Assembly: GCA_013239625.1 (NCBI GenBank)
Contig: MU053881.1
Location: 2,108,001-2,172,000, forward strand
Length of the DNA: 64,000 nt
Reading direction: 5' to 3'
Origin: Lama guanicoe
Lineage: Eukaryota
Shown here: one piece after another, positions 25,232-37,069 of the stretch
Layout: the number at the start of each line of letters is the position of its first letter
Position numbering within the stretch: the first letter of the stretch is position 1
Notes under the pieces: generated by a model
Databases searched by the model: none
What the model was told of the DNA's origin: nothing
The model's input: only the letters and a program-made list of their open reading frames with translations
Position numbers and translations under genes: made by a program

Positions 25232-25410
25232 GTCTCGCTCCCTCACCTCCTGAGACAGTCTGCACTCTGTGGAGTGTGTACCTATTTCTACTTTAACCAA
25301 CCACCCCCCATGCCTCATGGCCTTTCTCTTGCGTTCTGAGACGGCCTGTACTCTGTGTATGGAGTGCCCTCTCTAAATAAATCTATTTTGACTCAAAAAA
25401 TTTTAAAAAA
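25232..25410 (+). mobile_element. Polyadenylated ERV-LTR-like 3' fragment inserted into L1 ORF2
   Basis: Interrupts L1 ORF2 consensus; internal direct repeat CTGAGAC..CTCTGT..GGAGTG x2; AATAAA 25376-25381 then A-rich tail from 25395. Confidence 0.6.
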
Positions 25411-27248
25411 CAAATAAAAGAATGAAGGAAGAAATCACATGATCATCTCAACTGATGCAGAAAACAGCTTGACAAAATTCAACACTTTTTCCTGATAAAA
25501 ACACTCAAGCAAGGTAAAAGAAAATTATCTAAACATAATCAAGGTAATACATGAAAATTCCACAGCAATGGTGAAAAACTAAAAGCTTTTCCTCTAAGAT
25601 CAGGATCAAGGCTAGGATGCACATTCTTGCCACTTCCAATTAACATAATACTAGACGTCCAAGCCAGAGCAATTAGGCAAGAATTAGAAATAAAAGGCAT
25701 CCAAACTGGAAAGGAAAAAGTAAAATGATCTCTGTTCATAGACGACATGATCTCCTACATAGAAAATCTTACAGATTCCACAAAAAAACCTGTATGAATA
25801 ATAAATGAATTCAGTAAAGCTGCAAAACAGAAAAATCAACATTGAAAAAAATCAGTCGTGTTTCTATACACTAATAAACAATTTAAAAAGGAAATTAAGA
25901 AAACAATCTCACTTACAACAGCACAAAAAAAGAATAAAATACTTAGGAACAAACTTAACCAAGGATGTGAAAGATTTGGGCACCGAAGCGTAAAACATTG
26001 CTGAAAGAAATTAAAGATACAAATAAATGGAAACATATACTGTGTTCATGGATTCAAAGACTTAATGTTTTAAAAATGTCCACACTACTCAAAAGTGATC
26101 TTCAGATTCACTGTTCTATTAAAATCCCAGCAGCATTTTTTGCAGAAATAGGAGAGAGAAAAAAAAAAACAACCCTCTAAAATTCACATGAAATCTCAAA
26201 GGACCCCGAACAGTCAAAACAAAGATATAAAGGTAGAGGTCTCACACATTCTGTTTTCAAACATAGTACAAAGCTACAGAAATGAAAACAATGTATTACC
26301 ATAAAGACAAACACAGCTCAATGAAGCAGAGCAGTGAGCCCAGAAATCAACCCTTACACGTCTGGTCAAAGTACCTTTGACAAGGGCGCTAAGACTATAC
26401 AATGGGGACAAAATAGTCTCTTCAATAAATGGTGTTGTACAACAATGTGCATATAGTTAATATGGTAATGTATACTTAAATTTGTTCAGAGGGTAAATTC
26501 ATGTGTTTTTTCTACAATAAAAATAAAGTACTGATATATGCTAAGTAAAAGAACCGAACACAAAAGTACCATGTAAATCATGATTCCATTTGTACGTCAC
26601 GTACAGGATAGGCAAATCTATAGATTGGGGAGAAACGAAGGGAGATTGATAAAGGGAACAAAGTTTCTCTCTGGGGTGATGCAAATATTCCAAAATTAAT
26701 CATGCTTATGGTTGCACACGTCTGTGAGTATACTAAAAACCACTGAAGTATAAACCTTTAAAAGGTGAATTCTCTAGCATGTGAATTATATTCCAACAAA
26801 GCTGTTAGAAAACAGAATCAACTACAGTAAACAACATTGAGAAAACTATGTTTAAGGAACATCAGTTTTATCATCAATAACAATACTGTGTAACATTAAT
26901 ATCTTTAAAGACTTCTGCCATTTTCCTTCTGCTGCTAAGTACCCTGGTACTTCAGATTTTTAAAAACTATTCTCAAACAACCTCATTCCAGAAGGGATGC
27001 AAGACATCTAAGGCCTTGAAATAAGTACTACGGAATACTTTCAATTTTTCAAAAGCACACGTCCCCTTTGTCTACTTAACAAGTAGATCTTCCTTAAGTT
27101 GTAGTCCAAGAGAACCTAATATTCAATAAAATCTATTTGCTTTCTGTAGACTAACAACTAGATTTAAACCTTAGGCTCAGAGCCTCTCAAATATCTACAA
27201 TACCAGATTAAGTTTCCAGAAGTTCATAGATTTTAAAAGGTAGGAAAT

Positions 27249-27379
27249 AGGGGGTAAGGGTACAGCTCAGTGGCAAAGTGTGTGGCTACTAGCATGCATG
27301 AGGTCCTGGGTTCAATCCCTGGTACCTCCATCAAGAAAAATTAATAAATGAACCTAACTAATCCCCAATAAATAAAAAT
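27249..27379 (+). mobile_element. tRNA-derived SINE (Vic-1-like)
   Basis: Perfect 14-bp TSD AAAAGGTAGGAAAT 27235-27248 / 27380-27393 at a TTTT|AAAA L1-endonuclease site. Confidence 0.92.
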
Positions 27380-27658
27380 AAAAGGTAGGAAATGGTGAGC
27401 AGGAACAAAATGTTCTTGAGACTTACTAAAAGCAAAAGAAAAAAGAAAAAAAGCTTCTTGGTAAAAACAATTTCTGAAAATATATGGAAACCTGGTCTTC
27501 AAAATTCAGGCCCTTCTACAGAAAGCCCTTTCTTTACTTCAAGTGAGAATCCTTCCCTCCCAACTTATACTTAGGGCTTCCATGAAAACAGACCAACTTC
27601 AGAAGGGCATCACTATTATTTCCTCTAATCCCTTTCTTTCACAGTCAGGAGTCCTTAC

Positions 27659-30224
27659 CTGGTTCAGGGAGCTCAGGCTGAGGAGTCAAACTGGGAATTC
27701 CTGGCTCCTTTCCCATCTCTTCAATGCTGGCACTGGATTTATCACAAACATTCAACCCAGCTGAATTTAAGCAGCCAGCATGATTTGGATCTGTCAGTGC
27801 ACCCTCTAGTATGTTTGATGAAGGAGGAGGTCTCTGCTCTGGGAACTCATCTCCCTTCTTTACAGGGTCAGCAGGAAGCAAGACCCCAAAGGCACCCTCA
27901 GAGTTTTCTTTCTCCCTAAATCTGTTAGTGCGCTTACGAGGTTTAGTGCGCCTTTGGTTTATACGCTGCCACCGCTTTTTAGGCACCACTTGATTTACAT
28001 TATTGGGTTCTTCATTCTCACTGTTCATTTCAGAGTCCAGCTCTGGGCCTTTTCTGTTTTCAAAAGAGGAGCCTTTTTCAGGAATTTTACCAGGATCAGA
28101 CTGGTTTACTTTATTGTCAAAATTAACACTGGAAAATTGGGCACCATCCTCAGTTATTAAATGGCCCATTAATTTAAGGGGTTCTTCTTTACCAGGGTCT
28201 TCTGCCTCACCTCTGGAGGAGCCATTCTCTGAACCCTTACTCTCTCTGACTCCCTGCAATGCAGCCTCAAGAGCTACAGCTGGGAGGCGGTTCAGTTTTC
28301 TTTTGCGCTCTGTCTTTAAGGCTTTACGGTTCACTGTGTTCTTTCCCATCTGGTTTGCAAAACCATCTCGTAATTTGGATGATGGCTTTGATCGCCCACA
28401 ATTGCGCCTAGTGACACAGTTTGAACGATTTTTGCCAGAAGGAGGAAGGTCTCTTTTATCGGACACTAAGCTAGGGAGGGACGTAGACAGGTCCCCAGAC
28501 AGTGTAGAGTCACCCGCACTAGGGCTAGGACGGACTGGATCCTGAGCGCCATCTCCATTTTTTTCTGAATTGTGAGTGGAGCCACCTGAAACCAAGACCT
28601 TAGAAGCCCCTACAGGACTACTGGTAGAACAGTCCCCAAGACCAGGACTCCGATAAGAGACCAAATTTTGAGCAGTCATTAACCGTTGCTCCTTGGTCTT
28701 ACTATCATGCATGTCTTTCAACATCATTAGCAATGTACTAAATTTGTAGTCTGGTTCAATGGGTATATGATTCTGAGCAGAGGCAGAAGAAAAAAGTAAT
28801 GGTTTTGATGGCTTTGATGTTCCGGAGTCACTGACATCTTCACCTAAGGATCTATAAGAGAGCTCCTTCAACTCTGACAGAACGTGTTTCACCACTGCTG
28901 TTTCTATGTCACTCGAATCCCTGGTTTTCTCATGCATGTTGCTCAGTAGTTTTAGCCCATCCACTTTCGCACTTCTGGAAATGCTGGCCAAAGGAGAGCC
29001 TTTGGTATCAGAAGAGCAGCATTTCAAATTGCAGTCCTCATTTGCAACAGGAGGGTCTACCACAACTGGATTTTCTTTATGTTTGCACTTGATGCTTCGG
29101 ATCTTGGGCTGTTTGTTTTTTGAATGTAACAGAGCTTGATTTGTAGCCACACCTTTCATTAGTGAGTTCTCACTGGAAATGCTTGACGGTGTGCTGAATT
29201 TTGGAGAAAGACCATCATTTCTAAAATCCAACTGGGACTTTCGGACAAGAGTTGACACTTTAAGATCAGGGAGATTAACCTGAGACGTCTCAGTTCCAGG
29301 CTCTGCTGTCTTGGTACAATCCATTAAATGGTCTGAATGTGAATTAGTAACAAGGGACTTCTGCTTGCCTTTTATCTTAGTGTTTGTAGCAGTATACCTA
29401 GAATACTTTACCTTTTCATTTTTCTGCACAGGTAACATGTTCTCTGTTCTATCAAAAGCATCTGTAATTTCAATGACACAGTTATGAGACTCTGAACTAT
29501 GATCTACGGGATCCAGATCACTGCTCCCATCATCAGAAGTGGTACAGATACTAATGGAATCACTTCGCTTTTCTTCGTCACCTGCTCCAATGTAGCAGAG
29601 CTGCACTTCTGAACTACATACCAGACCTCGTTGGAGTTTCTTCTTCTCCCCAGAACGTTTAGAGATCAAGGCACCCTCAGATAAGCCCAGTAAAGAGTCA
29701 CAATTTGAAGTCTCAAATTCTTTCTTTGCAGTGTTTTTTGTACAAGAAGAAAATAGGAAACTTGCTGGGGCAGTGCTGGACCCTGTGAGGCTGTTTGCTA
29801 TCCTGGAAAGTTCATTAGAGGCTTGCTTATCAGACACATCTGCAGAAATAAAGTTCAGGCCAAGGTTCTCTGGAATCTTTCCCCTCCGTTCTTCTTTATG
29901 TGTTTCAAATTGCATGTGACCCTTTTTCACACTAGTCCTTTTTGGATTATCAGAGCTCTTTCTGGCTCGAGACTTAGCACAAGGTTTTTCCTTCTCATCT
30001 GCAGAATGTTCAGAGTCAAAAGCCAGAGATTTCAAGCAGCCATTAAGCAACAGGTCATGTTCTGATTCAGGATCGTTTGTACAGTCCTCAAATGGCATAT
30101 CCTCCTCACTGTCCAACTTGATCGAACTGGTGACACATTTTCGGTTCTTCGACCCTTTGGGAACATCATACTGCTCAGCAAGACCAACACTGGCTTCCCA
30201 CTTACTCAAAATTTTCTGAGGAAC
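27659..30224 (-). CDS. NSD1: NSD1 giant coding exon (exon 5 equivalent), contains nuclear-receptor interaction region
   Basis: ORF track 27645..30209 (854 aa) lies in frame; exon starts VPQKILSKWEASVG after tttaag| and ends PELPEP at CCAG|gtaagg; 2566 nt; FSTLL (FxxLL) motif at 28728-28742. Confidence 0.98.
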
Positions 30225-32156
30225 CTTAAATTAAAAAGAGGAAAAGATGATCACTTACCTAAGAAACGGAAGGGGAAACAGGGAGATGATCAGTGAACAC
30301 CTCTCAAATCAAAAGCTTTTCTAAGCCTCGTACTTCTGCAAGGAACTTTTACGGGACCAGAAGGTGGTTAACACTCACAGTTCACTCAGAGCTTAACGAA
30401 TGGGGATTCTCAGCACTACTTCTACCACTAAGATCTGTCACTGGAGAAAGACTGATCTTACAAACCCCTCGTTCTCCCTGCCATTAAAAGCACAAAAGAG
30501 TAGACCATAGATCAGACTACATTACATTACTAAATCAAGGAATAACCAGACCATTCCTACTTACCTTCCCAAACCTTAGAATAAAGGTTTATTTTCTTCC
30601 TGGTTTACAAAGGCCAAGCACTTGCTCAGTGGCATAAAAGAGAAAAAGCAAAAGGCTAAAGAAGATAAATGTGGGAAAACTAGGACTGGAGAAATGAACA
30701 GGTCAGACCTGCCCTAGAAGAACTGAAATTTGAAACTCTAGTTATCACCAGGGCCTTGGCTAGTCAAGATTCTTCTAAACACATTATGTACAATCTGGAT
30801 TATAACTAAGCAGTCTCCTGGGCTTAATCATGTGGTCCAGAGACACCAATACGCCCTTGATATGTAACAAATTACATATGCTCTTTTCTTGACTTCCTCA
30901 CAGCGTGAGAACATGGAGGCTCTGTGAAATACACCTAATTTTCCAGACTCTTAATCTCTCCCTGGCTTCATGTAATAGATATTAGCCAAGGTTCTAACTA
31001 TCAATTTATATTCACAAACACTTAAATACTTGTGAAACAGATGTTCTGCTGAGCATGTGAAAATCAGGTCACTAGATGGGTAGCCTTCTCTTATAAAGCA
31101 ATAAACTGATCATCTGGTTTATTTTACATAAAAACATACATTCATTAGTTCTCTGACTACAACCATAGTAATCAATTTTCCAACCTGAAAGCCCTAGTGA
31201 ACTTCTCTGAAAAGGGGGTTAACCTACACAGCTAAAGGCTTGACACAAGAACTGACACCTTCCCACCATCAACTGCCCAAAGGATTAGAAAGGATGCAGT
31301 TGGCCTCTGGTATCCTCACAACAGCACATACTAGCTGTCTCAGAGCATCAGCCTTATAACATATTAAATATTTATTTCTAATCTTCACAATAGTTCTACA
31401 AGGTACATATTATCAACGTTAGTTTCAGAGATGAAGAAACTCAAGTTAAAAACAGCAGGGACTGCATTCTGACTCTAAACTATCCTGGTTATAATTTTTA
31501 TGAAACAGTTAAAAAGTATTTGTACATAGAAGTATGAAATACCAACATAAGAGGAATTATTGTACCTTCTAGAACTGACTATAGAAGAGTAACAAAAGAA
31601 ATAAGCCAAAATTATACTCAACCAACTGTAACCCAACATCAAGCAAATGAAACAAAAATACAGTGTTTTTTATTAAAACATAACAGGTTTGAAACTGCAA
31701 CCTTAAGCATTAACCACACACAAGTCAAAACAACAAACATAACAAAGATGTTTAAAGCCTCATCTTTCTCATTTTTAAGAGAAATAATTAATCCCGAGTG
31801 AGAAGTAGAGTACTTCATCTGATGATTATCTTCTTCCTACATCAGATACAACCGAAGACGACTGGTCACGCCACTTTACACTGTCCCATCTAAGTGACAA
31901 GGCAAAAGTTAGCTGAAATCACTTCTCAAAAACTTGAGTATAAATATTTGGAAGGCTAGCCTTGCAAAAAACCTTGCTTCCTACCAATTTTCTCACCAAC
32001 ATCCTACTACTAAAGAACATAACTTACATTTCAAAAATATAATACTTCTTCCTTCGATTGATCCTGTACACCCTCCATTCCCTCTTCCCTACCCTTCCCC
32101 AAGAAGATAATTTGAGAGGCTTTCTTTAAACAAAAAAACAAAAAAACCAGTAATAC

Positions 32157-32329
32157 CTTATGCCTATATCCTTTTTCTTTCTGCTTCCCTCTTCTTCTAA
32201 GGACAGGTAGCTCTTCAAATTGATGTCTGCCTTCGAACATGACGATTGCTTTTCCTGCCACCCAGGCTCTCTCAGAAGGGTCTCCAAAGGCCTCCACGTA
32301 GTACTGTCGATAGGGCCTCCGGTTAGAAA
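32157..32329 (-). CDS. NSD1: NSD1 coding exon (exon 4 equivalent), PWWP1 continuation
   Basis: (V)SNRRPYRQYYVEAFGDPSERAWVAGKAIVMFEGRHQFEELPVLRRRGKQKEKGYRHK; acceptor tctctag| and donor AAG|gtatta; 173 nt, phase-compatible with exon 3. Confidence 0.97.
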
Positions 32330-33266
32330 CTAGAGAAAAATAAAAACCACAGCGTCATTACTTTAAAAAGAGACCACTCATCATCAAGAGAACAGCCACA
32401 TCACTGTTGCCACAGAAGTCCCTTTTAACCTCAAAAAACAAGTAAAATAAAAATCAACAACCTATAAAATCTACAGAACAAGAAAATGTGATTGATGTAG
32501 GCCAGCCAGAAGGTAAAGTTTCAATTTCAATTCATGTGGCAAGAAAATGGTTAAGAGTTTAATGAAAGAATTCAACGGTTTGGTCTGGTAATACGCTATA
32601 TATTCCAAACCACTTAGAGGTTGATTAGCTAATCATAGAACAAATTAATATAACAGCCAACTAAGCTCCTTTTACCATCTGTCTCTAATTATCAGACGTT
32701 ACAAAGGGTATATCATAAGCTATAGCACCACAAATGTAGTAATCAATAAGAACTAACCACCAAACAAACCCTTAAAAACACTCTGCTAAAATATGAAAAG
32801 GAAGAAATGTCTCAACACTATGCCAAGTATGATGCGCTCACATTATGGCACTGAGAATCTGGGCAAGCTACTACGCTAGGTGCTTGCTGTGTATTCTTCG
32901 CAAGAACCAACTCTAAGAAGTAAGTAGCATAATCCCCACTTTACAGACAGAGTAATAAGTCCAATGACTTCAGAGAGGGCAAATTCAGAGTGAAACACTG
33001 GCTTTGCAGAGAAAGTGGAACTTGATATTCCAAAATACAGAAGCTAAGAAAAGAAAAAAGAAATCTCAACAGCAGAAACAAAAAGAAATCCAGTATTTTA
33101 CAGTTTCTTGGTTGTCCAAGGTTCTGTGCAAATAATTACCAAAAATAATACAAATCTCATCTGGAAAATATTAAAATCAACTTTACTAAGTATATGTATC
33201 TTCCATACACTTACCACTTTAGCATTTTCATACCAATAAAAAATGTCACAAAAGAAATGTAGTCGG

Positions 33267-33323
33267 ATTAACACACGTTGCAAACCAACTATACTTCAAT
33301 TAAAAAAAAAAAAAAACAAACAG
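33267..33323 (+). mobile_element. Extremely 5'-truncated young L1 3' end
   Basis: ..CAAACCAACTATACTTCAATT(A)n; perfect 17-bp TSD AAAAGAAATGTAGTCGG 33250-33266 / 33324-33340. Confidence 0.88.
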
Positions 33324-34578
33324 AAAAGAAATGTAGTCGGGGCCACACAGTATGATTTGCCTCTTTTCAGAAAAGGAAATCATCTCATGTAAAGATTCAT
33401 TTTTACTCACTGAAATTCCCTTACAATAACCATATCCTGTTTCAAAACAAACAAGAATCCAAACATCTCTGAAAAATTAGGAAAAGCTTATTTCCTTCAA
33501 AATGAAAAAAAAAAGAAAGAAAAAAGGAAAAGGAAAGAACAAAAAGAAAGGAGAAATTTATAAACTGAACTTTAGGACAAGTATAGAGGCTGTGAATACT
33601 TTCCGAACTCCTGACCCTGCAGTTATTTTAAGAGCAGCCAAAATTTCAAGTAAATTTCTATGGCAACTTATTTATAAATGCTAATTTCAAAACTATACAA
33701 CCAAAGAACGAAAAGTACCTATGAGCTATCATAAAACTTTAGATTAAATGGCTTTTTCTATAAAAATATAGCTTAATAATAAAATTACAACCTGGTTAAA
33801 TTTTTTGTTTTGTTGCACATTTTTAAAAAAAGTTCTGTGAAAAAACGGAACTCCTTACTCTCTACCTACTAAATAGTTCAATAGAAATCACCTAAAAAGG
33901 GGGATTAAAATTGTCAAGATACATTTGCACCTACATAGAGATTCTTAAAGTCAATTTGAAAAGTAAATCATTCTCTTAATTCAACTAACACAGACTGAAC
34001 ATTCATGATGTACCAGGACTACACAGAGGACAGAAAAGAACTCACTGCCTGATGGGTAAGAAATATACAGTATAAATAGATTGTGGTAAGACAGCATGAT
34101 AATTGCAATAACACAAAAATATGCTTTTTAAAAAGTGAAAATCATTAATTGGAAGACAAATAGGATACCTGAGCAAAATTTTAAATGTTAACAGATTGTT
34201 GAGAGAATTCCAATATGAGGGCCTAGGACCCTTAAAGGAATGAATAAAACAAATGAAATAACTGGGAACTAGAAATTCAAAACACTAAGCAGGTAGCAGT
34301 GGCCAGACCAGAAAGACCTCAGAGGCCATGTTAAGAACTTGATCATTATCCAGTTGGCACTGAACCACATTTAAACTCTGGAACCACAGGATCAGTTCTG
34401 CATCTTAAAAAGATAATCTCCTTGACCTCTGAATGACATATTTAAGATGAAACAGAGAGGAGACCAGAGATTACCAAAATAGTGTATATGCAAGATGACT
34501 AGAACCTAAACTAAGGCGGTAGCAATGGGAATTAAAAGAACAAAATTTGAAAGATTTTTTAAGACAAATCAAAAAGAC

Positions 34579-34632
34579 TACACACACACACACACATACA
34601 CACACACACACATATACATACATATATATATA
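34579..34632 (+). repeat. (CA)n/(TA)n compound microsatellite
   Basis: Read directly. Confidence 0.95.
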
Positions 34633-36335
34633 AAATAAAAGATAGAAAAGACACCTGAACACCAATCACAGCAGCATTACTCACAACAGCCAAAAGATGG
34701 AAACAACCCAAATGTCCACTGAGGATGAACAGATGAATAAAATGTGGTGTACATATCAGCGGAATATTATGGGGCCTTAAGAATAAATGTTACACATAAT
34801 ACAACATGAATGAACTTTAAAGACATTATGCTAAGTGAAATAAGCCAGACACAAATGGACAAAGACTCTATGATTCCACTTATATAAAGTACCTAGAATA
34901 GTCAAATTCATAGAGACAGCAGAATAGTGTTTACCAGAAACTGGGGTTACTGTTAAATAGGTAGAGTTTCAGTTTTTGGAATATGAAAAACTTCTGGAAA
35001 TGGGTAGAGGTAATAACTGCACAAAAATGTGTATGCACTTAATGTCACTAAACTATACACTTAAAAATGGATAAAATGATAATTTTATGTTATGTGTACT
35101 TCAACCAAAAATTTTTTAAAAATCAGGTAACAACTGGTGGTGAGGATGTGGAGAAAGCAGCACCCTCACCCACTGCTAGTGGGGATGTAAAATGGCACAG
35201 CAGCTTTTCAAAACAGTCTGGGAGACCCAGCTATTTCACTCCTGAGTATTTATCCAAAGAACACGAAAGCACTAACTCAAAAAGATACATGCAACCCTAC
35301 GTTCACTGAGGCATTATTTCCAATAGCTAAGATACGGAAACAACTTAAGTGTCCATCAGTGGATGAATGGGTAAAGAAGATGTGGTATCCATACGCAGTG
35401 GACTACTACTCAGCCACAGAACAACGAAACCCTAGCATCTGAGACAACGTGGATGGACCTTGAGGGTATGATGCCAAGTAAAGTAAATCAGACACAGAAA
35501 GATAAATACCATATGATTTCACTCGTGTGTAGAATCTAAAAACAACAAAAACAAAAAACAAATGAACAAGTAAATAAAGCAAAAACTAATAGATACAGAG
35601 ATCAGATAAGTGGTTACTAGAGGGGAAGAGGGCTGGGGGGTAGAGAAAATGGGTGAAGGGTTTCAACTGTATGGTGATGGATGGTAACTAGACTTGCGGT
35701 GCTGTGCCCCTGAAATTTACACAATAAAATTTAAATTAAAAAAAAAAGGCAGGCGGTACCTCAAAAAGTTAAACAGAGTTACCATTTGAGTCAGCAATTC
35801 CACTCCTGGGTATAAACCCAAAAGACAGGAAAATATGTCTACATAAAAACTTATCATGTGAATATTCACAGCAGCACTATTCATAATAGCCAAAAGGTAG
35901 AAACAGTCCATATGTCCATTGACTGATGAACTTATAAATAAAATGCAATCTATTCATACAATGGAATATTATCCACTATAAAAAGGAATGCAGTACTGAT
36001 ACATGGGCAGACCCTGAAAACATTATGTTAAGTGAAAGAAGCAGTCACAAGGGATATACGATTCCATGTATATTAAGTACTCAGAATAGGCAAACTATAG
36101 AGACAGAAAGTAGACTACTGGTTGCTCAGGGCAAAGAGGTATGTACAAGGGGTAAAATGATTGGGGGAGAGAAGCTAAGGGACACAGGATTTCTTTTTGG
36201 GGTGGTGAAATGGTCTAAAATTAACTGGTTACACAACTCTGTGAATATATCAAAAATCACTGAATTGTATACTTTAAAGGGGTGAGTTGTATGTTACATG
36301 AATTGTATCTCAATAAAGCTGTTTGAAAAAGAAAA
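34630..36335 (+). mobile_element. Cluster of nested L1 3' ends (L1MB-like, with L1MA-like insert ~35225-35748)
   Basis: Three successive L1 3'UTR passages, each ending in A-rich tails. Confidence 0.8.
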
Positions 36336-37069
36336 AAATGACTTAATGGGTGGTATAGGACACAAGAAGAAAAAGTGACTCCTACGTATTCGGTTTAAGT
36401 AACTAAGAGGCAGTGATCTACTCACTTTGGCAGGAAATGAAAGAGAGAGTACTGGTTTCAGGAGGAAAATAATTAGTTCAGTTTTAAACAAGTTGAGTTT
36501 AACTGACTAAAAGACCTCCTGGTGAAAGCGTCACGTACACAGTTAGGCATGCAGAGCTGAAGCCCGGGGGAACAACAGCACGATGGGTATGAATTCAGTT
36601 TACTGGCAACAGCTAAAACTCAGCGTTAGTAAGGATGGAAAAGGGAGAAAGATTAAAAAAAAAAAAAAGAATTACCAACATTTAATGGCAAAGTAGAAGA
36701 GGATCCAGCAAAGAAGAACGAAAAGAATTAGATAAAAATAGTACCAAGAGTACATGCTTAGAGCAAGCTTAGTGGAATAAAAGGAGAGAATGAGAAATTT
36801 GAGTATGTTCAGAAATGAGTGGCACATCTGAAAGTGAAGAAAGCGGACGATTCTTCCAAGCACGGTTATGAAAGGAAGGGGACAGCTGTCACTGGAAGAG
36901 AGAGTCATGGAAGGAATTTTAGGACAACAGATTGATTCACATGTTAGTTCCCTCCAGTACTATAAAGAGCCACAGTAATTCTATGCTTTAGTAAATCAAA
37001 TTAAGAAGAATCCTTTCAAAAACTATTATTAAACAATGTTAAAGTGAAAATCTTTAAAGGTAAAGAATG

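Larger units (their letters stand above)
21402..26522 (+). mobile_element. Near full-length decayed L1 (5'UTR, ORF1, ORF2 EN-RT, internal deletion near 26435, 3' end)
   Basis: GC-richer 5'UTR 21410-22130, ORF1-like 22180-23020, ORF2 endonuclease start ~23440, RT motifs ~25560-25760; no intact ORF. Confidence 0.85.

Noticed and set aside
28003..28545. 180-aa plus-strand ORF and other antisense ORFs over exon 5
   Set aside because: Shadow ORFs of the NSD1 coding exon; Ser/Phe/Leu-rich, with no recognisable domain, promoter or splice context
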